Positions 1 to 9,324 of a stretch of 64,000 nucleotides of DNA are shown piece after piece. The DNA is from Candidatus Enterousia sp. GTDB taxonomy: Bacteria; Pseudomonadota; Alphaproteobacteria; Rs-D84. The stretch covers positions 4,687 through 68,686 of the forward strand of contig JBGUKY010000017.1 in NCBI GenBank assembly GCA_045114635.1, read 5' to 3'. The position numbers were made by a program, and so were the translations under genes. The notes beneath the pieces are model-generated. The model made no database searches. It was not told the DNA's origin and was given only the letters and a program-made list of their open reading frames with translations. How positions within the stretch are numbered: position 1 is the stretch's first letter; each line of letters starts with the position of its first letter.

Positions 1-67
1 TAAAAACATTACTTGACTTTTCGCAAATTATAGTATAAATTATTGCCCAGTAATTAAAGGATTTAAA

Positions 68-448
68 ATGCCACGTGTATGTAAAGTAACTGGAAAAAAG
101 ACAATGGTTGGAATGAACGTATCGCATTCTATGCGTCATACAAAACGTACATTCTTGCCAAACTTACAAAAATTATCGTTCCACAGTGATATTTTGGGAC
201 GCGATTTCAGCCTTCGTATTTCTACTGCTGGATTGCGTACATTGACCAAACACGGTGGATTGGATGCCTATGTAATGGCAAAACCTGTATCCCGTTTGAC
301 ACCTGAAATGGCTGCTATTAAAAAAGCTATTGAAAAGAAAAACGGCAAAACAGCTGCACCTGCGAAAAAACCGGTTCACAAACCAACCCGCAGCGCACGC
401 TTGGTAAAAAAGGTCGAAGCCAAAAAAGCAGCCGCAAAAGCAAAATAA
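68..448 (+). CDS. rpmB: 50S ribosomal protein L28 with Lys/Ala-rich C-terminal tail
   Basis: N-terminus MPRVCKVTGKK..VSHSMRHTKRTFLPNLQ is the typical L28 signature. An AAAGGA RBS lies upstream of the ATG. Confidence 0.93.
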   Translation: MPRVCKVTGKKTMVGMNVSHSMRHTKRTFLPNLQKLSFHSDILGRDFSLRISTAGLRTLTKHGGLDAYVMAKPVSRLTPEMAAIKKAIEKKNGKTAAPAKKPVHKPTRSARLVKKVEAKKAAAKAK

Positions 449-467
449 GCGACTGTAATTAAGTTAT

Positions 468-552
468 GGCTCTGTGGCGGAACTGGTAGACGCGCTTGAC
501 TCAAAATCAAGTTCTGAAAGGAGTATCGGTTCGATTCCGATCAGAGCCACCA
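468..552 (+). tRNA. tRNA-Leu(CAA), long variable arm, encoded CCA
   Basis: Acceptor stem GGCTCTG/CAGAGCC. Anticodon stem-loop CTTGA-CTCAAAA-TCAAG gives anticodon CAA. T-arm GGTTCGATTCC. Confidence 0.9.
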
Positions 553-564
553 GAAATAAAGAAA

Positions 565-593
565 TACACACCCTAAGCGGTGTGTATTTTTTT
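565..593 (+). terminator. Rho-independent terminator after tRNA-Leu
   Basis: Stem TACACACC/GGTGTGTA followed by a T-tract. Confidence 0.6.
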
Positions 594-690
594 ATTTATC
601 GTGAATATTGTTTCTAAATCGAACCGATCGGTTCGTAACGTAGCGAAGCGAAGTGAAGGGGGCCCGCAACATTTATGTTGTGGGAATTAC

Positions 691-716
691 ATTCCGATCA
701 GGGCCACCAGAAATAA
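691..716 (+). repeat. Duplicated 3' end of tRNA-Leu (att-like scar)
   Basis: ATTCCGATCAGGGCCACCAGAAATAA matches 534-559 with 1 mismatch in 26 nt. It lies only 131 bp downstream of the first copy. Confidence 0.7.
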
Positions 717-720
717 TAAA

Positions 721-742
721 ATGCCCAAACGGGCATTTTTTA
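721..742. terminator. Bidirectional hairpin terminator
   Basis: ATGCCC-AAAC-GGGCAT flanked by A and T runs. It abuts the stop of the minus-strand ORF at 740. Confidence 0.5.
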
Positions 743-1321
743 TTTTGATTTTTGTTGTTGTAAATAATTTTGTAATAATTTGTAATATTCAGATGGCGAT
801 ATAACTGTGTCTTTGACACCATGACGAACGGTGCATTCAAAATTAAAATGCGTCATTAAATCACACAAAATCTTAACAGATGCCATATTTGCACGTTTAA
901 CGTCATATGGTTGACCATTTATGTCGTATTTGTATTCTATATCTACACTGGCACTTTTATTTACCCTTGTGTCACTTGGATGACTGAAACCGCCAAAATT
1001 AACACCAATATTATTAAAACAAATGTCAGTTAATTCTTTCATTTGATTCAATGTTTCTTTGTTTTTTATATATTGAGATTCAAAAAATACAATTGTGCTT
1101 TGCATCTGATTCACAGAGGAAGCAACCGTATTTATCCTCATTTGACCAATTGAATTCAAAATACCATATGAATATTGTGTTGTTTCTTTGTTGCCAACCT
1201 GGCTGAAAACTTGTGCCATTTCTGTTGATGACATTGGTTTTCCAGTTTGCATATTTAACATTGGTTTAATAAGACCTTTGCGTAATGATTGTGCAATACG
1301 TTGTGTTGAAAATTTTACCAT
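740..1321 (-). CDS. Hypothetical protein, last gene of the nrdD-nrdG transcription unit
   Basis: Long ORF. I prefer the internal ATG at 1321 (MVKFSTQ..) because GGGGGT lies 5 nt upstream. No recognisable motif. Confidence 0.45.
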   Translation of the reverse strand: MVKFSTQRIAQSLRKGLIKPMLNMQTGKPMSSTEMAQVFSQVGNKETTQYSYGILNSIGQMRINTVASSVNQMQSTIVFFESQYIKNKETLNQMKELTDICFNNIGVNFGGFSHPSDTRVNKSASVDIEYKYDINGQPYDVKRANMASVKILCDLMTHFNFECTVRHGVKDTVISPSEYYKLLQNYLQQQKSK

Positions 1322-1396
1322 TGTTACCCCCATTGTTTTTTGAAAATATAGCACAAAATACACATTTGTCAATATATTTTAACAACGGTAATAAAC

Positions 1397-1420
1397 AACC
1401 ACCCAAACGGGTGGTTTTTT
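1397..1420. terminator. Stem-loop between nrdG and the downstream ORF
   Basis: AACCACCC-AAAC-GGGTGGTT followed by TTTTTT. Confidence 0.4.
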
Positions 1421-2123
1421 AACTGTTTCGCCAAACCACAGTTTCAAACAAACTTTCTATTTTTTTCTTTAATTCTTCATCATTGAAAAACTGTTCCCTG
1501 TCCGCTGGCGTGGTCGCATGGCATTCACATTCGTGATATGGTGTGTATTTTTGCACTGCAAAATGTTTTACACCCATTGCTGATGCTGTTGTGGCTATTT
1601 CTAACAAATCTTCCTTGGATACATAACGCGGATCACATGTTGTACGTACTTCCAGTCCCCTGCCCGTTGATAACCAATATTGCAACGATTCAATCATTCG
1701 ATCATATGCGACATCAATACCTGTTAAATCTTTATAGTGTTCCTTGGTCGCCTTGAAATCCATCCCAACCCAATCAACAATATCAGAAACTTTTTTCAAT
1801 AAATCTGGATAAAAGCCGTTTGTATGTAAACCGATTGAAAAACCAAATTCTTTCACGCGTTTCATATAATCTATGGTGACATCTGCCTGCATCAATGCTT
1901 CACCACCAGAAAAGACTATACCCTCTAATTTCCCAACACGCGCCTTGATCCAATCAAATACTTTGTCTGGATCATATTCGCCCTGCTCCACAGCAATAAG
2001 ATGCGAATTCGAACAATATTCGCAATGCAGCGGGCAACCTTTGAGAAATAATACAGCGGCTAATTTCCCAGGATAATCAATAGTCGTAAAGGAAACTAGA
2101 CCGCCGATTTGTAAGTCTTTCAT
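1419..2123 (-). CDS. nrdG: Anaerobic ribonucleotide reductase activating protein (radical SAM)
   Basis: CPLHCEYCSN radical-SAM CxxxCxxC motif within GGLVSFTTIDYPGKLAAVLFLKGC. Located downstream of nrdD. Confidence 0.85.
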   Translation of the reverse strand: MKDLQIGGLVSFTTIDYPGKLAAVLFLKGCPLHCEYCSNSHLIAVEQGEYDPDKVFDWIKARVGKLEGIVFSGGEALMQADVTIDYMKRVKEFGFSIGLHTNGFYPDLLKKVSDIVDWVGMDFKATKEHYKDLTGIDVAYDRMIESLQYWLSTGRGLEVRTTCDPRYVSKEDLLEIATTASAMGVKHFAVQKYTPYHECECHATTPADREQFFNDEELKKKIESLFETVVWRNS

Positions 2124-2138
2124 AAATCACTGTCCAAA

Positions 2139-2318
2139 TTACGCGGCTTTTCTTAACAATTCTTCGTGACGAGCACCAGCAGTCAATGAGTTAGCTTCTG
2201 TAAATGTTTTTCTTTCACAGAATTCAGAATATTTACCAATGTTAAAGTTTTTAACTGGTCTGATATATCCCATCGAGCGTGAAAATGTTTCGCATGGTGT
2301 TCTTTGTTGTGGGTTCAT
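2139..2318 (-). CDS. 59-aa stand-alone glycyl-radical segment of class III RNR (below the ORF-track size cut-off)
   Basis: My translation is MNPQQRTPCETFSRSMGYIRPVKNFNIGKYSEFCERKTFTEANSLTAGARHEELLRKAA. RSMGYIRPV..N.GK..EF..R resembles the C-terminal glycyl-radical motif of NrdD. AAGGAGAG RBS upstream of the ATG. Confidence 0.6.
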   Translation of the reverse strand: MNPQQRTPCETFSRSMGYIRPVKNFNIGKYSEFCERKTFTEANSLTAGARHEELLRKAA

Positions 2319-2354
2319 AGTACTCTCCTTTCCTTTTTTTATTTTTTATTTTTA

Positions 2355-4409
2355 TTATTTGTGGTCGCCGCATTTGCATTGACAATCGTTGTTGTTTGCC
2401 GCAATTTCTGCATCACATTTCGGACAGAAATCGTGACGTCCTGGCAAATAGCCGTGTTTTGGGCAGATTGAAAATGTTGGTGTCAATGTCATATAAGGCA
2501 CTTTGTAATTTTCAAAGATTGTCCGAACAATTTTTTCGGCCGCTTCACCAGATGAAACTGGTTCGCCCATATAAAGGTGTAACATTGTTCCGCCTGTATA
2601 TTTGCGTTGTAAATCTTCCTGGTGTTCCAAAGCGACAAATGGGTCGTCTGTGAAATACACAGGTAATTGTGTGGAATTTGTATAATATGGTGCGTCTTCT
2701 GTTCCAGCAGTTAAAATGTCTGGGAAGTTCTTTTTATCTGTTTTTGCAAAGCGATAAGCACATCCTTCGGCTGGGGTTGCTTCCAAATTATACAAATTGC
2801 CTGTTGTTTCTTGGTAATCAGCAAGGTTTGTTCTGATGAAATCCATCACTTCCAAAACCAAGTTTTTACCAAATACTGTTGCGATATTATCTGAACCATT
2901 TGTGAAATTCATGACCATTTCATTTGCACCGTTAACACCGATGGTTGAAAAGTGATGATTCCAATTGCCCAAATAACGTTTTGTAAATGGATAAAGGCCA
3001 CGTTCCAAATTCTTGGAAATAATTTTACGTTTGATTTCCAAAGAATCACGTGCCAAATCAAGCAAACGTTTCAATTCGCGGAACAAACCTTCACGGTCAC
3101 CCTTGTGTGTATAGCCAAGACGTGCCAGATTAATTGTTACAACGCCGATAGAACCCGTCTTTTCAGCAGATCCAAACAAACCACCACCACGTTTTAATAA
3201 TTCACGAACATCCAAACGTAATCTGCAGCACATTGAACGTACGTCTGTTGGATTAAGATCGGAATTCAAAAAGTTTTGGAAGTTTGGAATACCGTATTTA
3301 GCAGCCAAATCAAACAAAGGTTTCACATTTGGATGTTCCCATGGAAAATCATCTGTGATGTTATATGTTGGAATTGGGAATGTGAATGGACGACCCATTG
3401 CATCACCTTCGGTCATAACTTCCAAGAATGCTTTGTTAATCATATCCATTTCTGGTTGTAAGTCACCATATGTGAAATCAACCATCTTTTTACCAACAAA
3501 AGGACGTTGTTCACGCAAATCTTTTGGACAAGTCCAATCGAATGTAAAGTTAATAAATGGTGTCTGGGTTCCCCAACGGCATGGTACAGAACAATTAAAT
3601 ACCAATGTTTGCATTGCATTTTTAACATCTGCATATGTTAAATTATCAACCCTTACATATGGGGCAAGATAAGTATCTACAGATGAAAATGCCTGGGCCC
3701 CTGCGAATTCGTTCTGTAATGTGCCCAAGAAATTCACCATATGAGAAATTGCAGTAGCCATATGTTTAGCCGGTGCACATTGTAAATATCCAGGAACACC
3801 GTTAAATCCTTCGTATAACAATTCACGCAAAGACCAACCGGCACAATAACCTGTCAACCAACCCAAATCGTGGATATGAAATGCGGCAGATTTATGTGCA
3901 TCAGCGATATCTTTTGGATACAAATTTAACCAATATTCAGCAGTCATACGTTCAGATGAACGCAAAATCAATCCACCAATAGAATAACCAATGTTTGCGT
4001 TTTCTTTTACGCGCCAGTCAGCTTCACTTACATAACCATCAATAATTTCAACCGCATCAACCAATGAATTACGGATTTCTGTACGTTTTTGACGATATAC
4101 TATGTAAGATTCTGCGGTCTTGTAAGCATGAGAATCCATAAGTGTTTGAATAACTATATCTTGGATATCTTCAACAGTTGGGATTTGCCCAGCATATTTC
4201 TTGTCTAATCTTTTTAATACATCTTGTGTTATCTTTACAATATCTGCATCAGATATTTCATGAGTAACCGCAACAGCCTTTTTGATGGCTTCAAAAATCT
4301 TTTTAGCATCAAACGGAACAGTTTCCCCCGAACGCTTTTTAATAGATTCCAATTCGCAAGTCAGCGTCGATATAACCTGAATCTTTGTTTCGTTTTTGTC
4401 ACCAGCCAT
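2355..4409 (-). CDS. nrdD: Anaerobic ribonucleoside-triphosphate reductase large protein (class III), apparently lacking the glycyl-radical tail
   Basis: N-terminal ATP-cone (KKRSGETVPFDAKKIFEAIKKA). Conserved NrdD core (GGLFGSAEKTGSIGVVTINL, YNLEATPAEG). C-terminal metal site CPKH..CPKC. Confidence 0.93.
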   Translation of the reverse strand: MAGDKNETKIQVISTLTCELESIKKRSGETVPFDAKKIFEAIKKAVAVTHEISDADIVKITQDVLKRLDKKYAGQIPTVEDIQDIVIQTLMDSHAYKTAESYIVYRQKRTEIRNSLVDAVEIIDGYVSEADWRVKENANIGYSIGGLILRSSERMTAEYWLNLYPKDIADAHKSAAFHIHDLGWLTGYCAGWSLRELLYEGFNGVPGYLQCAPAKHMATAISHMVNFLGTLQNEFAGAQAFSSVDTYLAPYVRVDNLTYADVKNAMQTLVFNCSVPCRWGTQTPFINFTFDWTCPKDLREQRPFVGKKMVDFTYGDLQPEMDMINKAFLEVMTEGDAMGRPFTFPIPTYNITDDFPWEHPNVKPLFDLAAKYGIPNFQNFLNSDLNPTDVRSMCCRLRLDVRELLKRGGGLFGSAEKTGSIGVVTINLARLGYTHKGDREGLFRELKRLLDLARDSLEIKRKIISKNLERGLYPFTKRYLGNWNHHFSTIGVNGANEMVMNFTNGSDNIATVFGKNLVLEVMDFIRTNLADYQETTGNLYNLEATPAEGCAYRFAKTDKKNFPDILTAGTEDAPYYTNSTQLPVYFTDDPFVALEHQEDLQRKYTGGTMLHLYMGEPVSSGEAAEKIVRTIFENYKVPYMTLTPTFSICPKHGYLPGRHDFCPKCDAEIAANNNDCQCKCGDHK

Positions 4410-4435
4410 ATTTTAACCCCTTAATTTGACAAAAA

Positions 4436-4484
4436 ATACTATATATAGTGTTTTTTAGGTTCCTTTTAACACAATATACAGTAT
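4436..4484 (-). promoter_or_regulatory. Two tandem NrdR-box-like palindromes upstream of nrdD
   Basis: On the minus strand, ACACTATATATAGTAT (4436-4451) and ATACTGTATATTGTGT (4469-4484) fit the NrdR box consensus acaCwAtATaTwGtgt. They are spaced 33 bp apart and each is preceded by GAACCTAAA. Confidence 0.5.
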
Positions 4485-4908
4485 TTAGGTTCAATTCTCA
4501 TTACAAAAAAAATTTTTTTTATGCATTTTGCGCTTGCTTTTTTGTGTTGCCCATCTGATGCGGCTTTCAGGCTGTTTTTTTATAACCGATTCGGTACATT
4601 TTATACACAAAAAAACGGTTTTGTATCCGTTTTAGTCAAAAAAAGGTAAAAAAAACGATTCGGAAATCCAAAAAAATCAAAATATAGATAAAAAACTATC
4701 GATTCGAATCAAGATATTGATTTTTTAACATATTGCATTGATAAAAGGCCATTTTATAATAAAAACATCAGAAAAAAGAAGAAAATGGGATGATGGGACG
4801 ACCCAAACAAAAACTTGACAGATTCGTTGCGAAAGCCACCATCCCATTGATATTCTCTCTCTTCTCTGCTTTCGCATAATGTGATTGTATCATAAAAAAA
4901 TCTTTTTG

Positions 4909-4936
4909 CAAAAAAAGAATGCCGTATTGGCATTCT
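4909..4936 (-). terminator. Terminator of the DUF378 gene
   Basis: AGAATGCC/GGCATTCT stem with an adjacent T-run on the minus strand. Confidence 0.55.
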
Positions 4937-4963
4937 TTCCAAAGATACAAGGTAAAGAAGTCC

Positions 4964-5194
4964 TTAATTACGGTGTCTGTGTTCATATTCACATGTTGGT
5001 TTATCACCGAAAACCCATAAGAATAACCAAATCAAGCCGGCTAAACCGATAACAGCATAAATCAAACGAGACCATATCGTCATTGGACCGAAAATCCAAG
5101 CAACCAAATCGAATCTGAAAAATCCGACCAAGCCCCAGTTCAATGCCCCGATTAAAGACAGAGGTTTTAAGACATAATGTGTAAATGCACCCAT
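4964..5194 (-). CDS. DUF378-family small membrane protein
   Basis: LIGALNWGLVGFFRFDLVAWIFG is the characteristic DUF378 motif. Two TM segments. Confidence 0.8.
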   Translation of the reverse strand: MGAFTHYVLKPLSLIGALNWGLVGFFRFDLVAWIFGPMTIWSRLIYAVIGLAGLIWLFLWVFGDKPTCEYEHRHRN

Positions 5195-5295
5195 TTTTTT
5201 CTCCTGTGGTTATATAAGTGTTAGTCTTTCAAGACATAATCATTATATAGCAACACAATATATAATTCCGCAGGAACGGTTTCATATTCTAAAAA

Positions 5296-5727
5296 CTAGA
5301 TATTTTCTGCCATGCTAATGACATTACCTGATTCATCAAAAACTTGTATTTTCGTTGCTGTTCCATTAACCCAGTCTATTTCCATATATAATTTGCCATT
5401 TTCATTATAAAGTTTGCTTTGGCCATCGGCTTTACCATTTTTGATTTCTGTAACAACACGCAAATTACCGTTTGAGTAGTATTCTTTCTCGGTTCCGTTT
5501 TCAAGACCATCTTTTATATGCATTTCACGTAAAACTTCACCATTTTCATAATACTCAATAACAATACCATTTATAGGAGTATTTTTATCATCAACACAAA
5601 AAACATCTTCGATATCAGTATCTGCTAAACCCGTACAAAAAGCATTTTCACCAACGACATACGTTTTTTCACTACTACATGCACTTACTAATAATAAAGG
5701 CATAAGAAATAACAATATTTTTTTCAT
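5296..5727 (-). CDS. Lipoprotein with MORN-variant (YwqK-like) repeats
   Basis: Start moved to MKKILLFLMPLLLVSAC (lipobox LVSAC). Repeated YYxNGxL/ENGKLY units. Confidence 0.65.
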   Translation of the reverse strand: MKKILLFLMPLLLVSACSSEKTYVVGENAFCTGLADTDIEDVFCVDDKNTPINGIVIEYYENGEVLREMHIKDGLENGTEKEYYSNGNLRVVTEIKNGKADGQSKLYNENGKLYMEIDWVNGTATKIQVFDESGNVISMAENI

Positions 5728-5846
5728 GGTGCTTCCCTTTTTTATACATATGCTAAATTGACAGATACAAAAAGTCAACTTAATAAAAAAAGTTGACATT
5801 TTTATATTTTGTCTTATAATCTCGAATAAGAACAAAGGAAAAAAAT

Positions 5847-6608
5847 ATGGATATTAGATTAGATGGACGAGTTGCTTTAATTACTGGTGCCACAGGTGGC
5901 ATCGGTTCTGCGATTACTAATGAATTCTTTAAATCAGGCGCAACTGTCATTATCAACGGCAGATCTCAAGAAAAAATAGATGCTTTGACAGACAAGTTGT
6001 TAACCGGTGGCGACAAGAAAGATGCAGTGCGCATTATGGGTATCGCAATGGACTTATCTGCATTCGATTCTGAAACAATCATTATTCAACGTGCAATCGA
6101 AAAATTTAAAAAGTTAGATATTTTGGTAAATAATGCTGGGATGGTCGATGGAAATTTGATGATGTGCTCTACACCAGAATTTGTAACACGTATGATGTTA
6201 GTAAATTATGAAAAACCATACCAATTAACAAAAAACGCCTTGGCATATATGCGCAAAGCACGTTATGGTCGTATTATCAATATAACATCTGTATCCGGTC
6301 AATTTGGTGATGCAGGATTATCTGCTTATGCATCAAGCAAAGCAGCATTACATGCAATGTCTCAATCTATCGCAGCAGAATACGGCAGATATAATATTAC
6401 TGCTAACAGTATTGCACCAGGTGTTGTTGATACAGACGCTATCAAGAAAATGCGTGAAGAATATAAACAAGAAACAAAAAAACTTATTCCGTGCCACCGT
6501 TTTGCAAAAACAAATGAAGTTGCAGATTTGGCTACATTTTTAGCTTCTGAACGTGCTGCTTATATTAACGGTCAACAAATTGCGATTAACGGCGGACTTT
6601 ACAGATAA
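5847..6608 (+). CDS. Short-chain dehydrogenase/reductase, FabG-like 3-oxoacyl-ACP reductase
   Basis: TGATGGIGSAI cofactor motif, NNAG, and the YASSKAAL catalytic Y-x3-K. Confidence 0.85.
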   Translation: MDIRLDGRVALITGATGGIGSAITNEFFKSGATVIINGRSQEKIDALTDKLLTGGDKKDAVRIMGIAMDLSAFDSETIIIQRAIEKFKKLDILVNNAGMVDGNLMMCSTPEFVTRMMLVNYEKPYQLTKNALAYMRKARYGRIINITSVSGQFGDAGLSAYASSKAALHAMSQSIAAEYGRYNITANSIAPGVVDTDAIKKMREEYKQETKKLIPCHRFAKTNEVADLATFLASERAAYINGQQIAINGGLYR

Positions 6609-6626
6609 AATTTTCATTGAAAAAAC

Positions 6627-6655
6627 AAACCCCGCAATCGCGGGGTTTTATTTTC
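6627..6655. terminator. Bidirectional terminator between the SDR gene and ppdK
   Basis: CCCCGC-AATC-GCGGGG flanked by A and T runs. Confidence 0.6.
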
Positions 6656-6663
6656 ATTCCACA

Positions 6664-9324
6664 TTATTTTTTACGTGGGTATTTAACAGCAGCTTGTGCA
6701 GCGGCCAAACGTGCAATTGGCACGCGGAACGGAGAACAAGATACTGAATTGAATCCTACACTATGGAAGAATTCAACAGATTCTGGATCGCCACCGTGTT
6801 CGCCACACACCCCAAGATGTATGTCATCGCCTTTGGTGCTACGAGCTTTTGCAACAGCGTCTTTAATCAACAAACCGACGCCCAATTGATCAACAGATGC
6901 AAAAGGATCTGCAACATAAACACCACGTGCACGGTATTCATCCAAGATTTTACCGGTATCATCACGTGACATACCCAATGTTGTTTGTGTCAAATCGTTT
7001 GTTCCGAATTCAAAGAATTCACAACTTTCTGCGATTTCATTAGCAAGCAGCGCGGCACGTGGCAATTCAATCATTGAACCAACCTTGTATTCAACTGTGT
7101 CGCCTGTTTCTGCGAACAATGCAGCAGCTGTCGCATCAATAACAGATTTAACGATATCAACTTCTTTCTTTGATCCAACCAATGGAACTTCGATTTCTGG
7201 GAATACACGAACACCAGCTTTCTTGCATTCAATCGCGGCAGACAAGATAGCACGTGTTTGCATTTCACAGATTTCAGGATATGTTATTGCCAAGCGGCAA
7301 CCACGATGCCCCAACATAGGATTTTGTTCTTTCAATGCTTCGGATCTGGCTTTTACGAATTCAACAGATTTGCCAATATGTTTTGCCAATTCTGCCATAT
7401 CTGCTTCAGTATGAGGCAAGAATTCGTGTAAAGGTGGATCAATCAAACGAATTGTTACTGGCAGACCGTCCATAATTTTGAACAATTCAACAAAGTCTGC
7501 TTTTTGATATGGTAACAATTTATCCAGCGCAGCACGTCTGCCCGCTTCATCATCAGCCAAAATCATTTCGCGCATATCTTGGATACGGCTTGGGTCAAAG
7601 AACATGTGTTCTGTACGTGCCAAACCAATACCTTCTGCACCAAAGTCACGTGCTTGTTTTGCATCTTTTGGTGTTTCCGCATTTGCTTTGACTGTCAAAG
7701 ATTTAATTTCATCAACCCATTTCATCAATGTACCGAAATTACCAGTCAATTCAACAGATACTGTTGGAACTGCACCTTCGATAATTTGACCCTTGGCACC
7801 ATCTATAGAAACCCAATCACCTTCGTGGATAACAGAACCAGAAGTTGTTTTCATTGTTTTTGTTTCATAATCAATTTTGATGTCTGGTGATCCAGATACG
7901 CATGGTGTTCCCATACCACGAGCAACCACAGCTGCGTGTGAAGTCATACCACCACGTGCAGTAATAACACCTTGCGCTGCATTCATACCAGCAATATCTT
8001 CTGGTGATGTTTCAACGCGGATAAGCATAACTTTTTTACCTTCTTTCTTCCAAGCTTCTGCATCTTCTGCGTTAAACACAGCCTGACCAACAGCAGCACC
8101 TGGGGATGCTGGCAAACCAGTTGCGATAACTTTCTTTTCTGCCTTTGGATCCAACATTGGGTGTAACAAGTGATTCAATTGATCTGCACCAACGCGCAAG
8201 ATAGCTTCTTCTTTGGTAAGCAAACCTTCTTCAACCATTTCTACGGCCATACGGACAGCAGCGGCGGCAGTTCTTTTACCATTACGGCATTGCAACATCC
8301 ACAATTTTTTGTGTTCAATTGTGAATTCCATATCTTGCATATCTTTATAGTGTTGTTCCAATTTATCACGAACATCAACCAATTGTGCATAAACTTCTGG
8401 CATAGCTTCTTCCAAAGATGTGCGACCAGAATCATCTTTTGCCATTGGTTGTGGTGTACGAATACCAGCCACAACGTCTTCACCCTGAGCATTAATCAAG
8501 TATTCGCCATAGAACTTGTTTTCACCGGTTGCTGGGTCACGTGAAAAACACACACCAGTTGCAGAATCATCACCAGAATTACCAAATACCATCGCTTGAA
8601 CATTAACAGCAGTACCCCAATCACCAGGTATATTGTTCAATTTACGATATGTGATAGCTTTTTTGGACATCCAAGAACCAAACACAGCCCCGATACCTAA
8701 TTTCAACTGTTCCCATGGATCTTGTGGGAAGACTTTACCGATTTTGACACCGATTTCTTTGAACTTTTCAACCAATTCTTTCAAATCTTCGGCTGTTAAT
8801 TCAGTATCGACTTTATATCCTTTATCTTCTTTCATGCGTTCCAATGTGTGTTCGAACAAATCAATATCCGCACCCAACACAACGTCACTAAACATCATGA
8901 TAAAACGACGATAAGAATCATATGCAAATCTTTCGTTATTAGCAGCCTTTGCCAAAGCTTTTACAGTTTCATCGTTCAAACCCAAATTCAACACTGTATC
9001 CATCATTCCAGGCATGGAAACACGTGCACCAGAACGAACAGATACCAACAAAGGATTTTCGTTATCTGCGAATTTTTTACCCATAATAGATTCAATATGA
9101 GCAACTCCGGCCTTAACCTGATCCATCAAATCGGAAGGATAAGTTTGGCCATTTTCATAATAATAAGTACAAACTTCGGTTGTAACTGTAAAGCCCGCAG
9201 GCACAGGCAATCCAACCAAATTCATTTCTGCCAAATTAGCGCCTTTTCCGCCAAGCAGATTACGCATATCTGCACGACCTTCTGCGGCACCATTTCCAAA
9301 TGTATAAACCCATTTATTTGCCAT
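6664..9324 (-). CDS. ppdK: Pyruvate, phosphate dikinase
   Basis: 886 aa. MANKWVYTFG..GGKGANLAEM N-terminus, phosphohistidine region GGMTSHAAVVARG, and a PEP-utilising C-terminal domain. Confidence 0.95.
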   Translation of the reverse strand: MANKWVYTFGNGAAEGRADMRNLLGGKGANLAEMNLVGLPVPAGFTVTTEVCTYYYENGQTYPSDLMDQVKAGVAHIESIMGKKFADNENPLLVSVRSGARVSMPGMMDTVLNLGLNDETVKALAKAANNERFAYDSYRRFIMMFSDVVLGADIDLFEHTLERMKEDKGYKVDTELTAEDLKELVEKFKEIGVKIGKVFPQDPWEQLKLGIGAVFGSWMSKKAITYRKLNNIPGDWGTAVNVQAMVFGNSGDDSATGVCFSRDPATGENKFYGEYLINAQGEDVVAGIRTPQPMAKDDSGRTSLEEAMPEVYAQLVDVRDKLEQHYKDMQDMEFTIEHKKLWMLQCRNGKRTAAAAVRMAVEMVEEGLLTKEEAILRVGADQLNHLLHPMLDPKAEKKVIATGLPASPGAAVGQAVFNAEDAEAWKKEGKKVMLIRVETSPEDIAGMNAAQGVITARGGMTSHAAVVARGMGTPCVSGSPDIKIDYETKTMKTTSGSVIHEGDWVSIDGAKGQIIEGAVPTVSVELTGNFGTLMKWVDEIKSLTVKANAETPKDAKQARDFGAEGIGLARTEHMFFDPSRIQDMREMILADDEAGRRAALDKLLPYQKADFVELFKIMDGLPVTIRLIDPPLHEFLPHTEADMAELAKHIGKSVEFVKARSEALKEQNPMLGHRGCRLAITYPEICEMQTRAILSAAIECKKAGVRVFPEIEVPLVGSKKEVDIVKSVIDATAAALFAETGDTVEYKVGSMIELPRAALLANEIAESCEFFEFGTNDLTQTTLGMSRDDTGKILDEYRARGVYVADPFASVDQLGVGLLIKDAVAKARSTKGDDIHLGVCGEHGGDPESVEFFHSVGFNSVSCSPFRVPIARLAAAQAAVKYPRKK

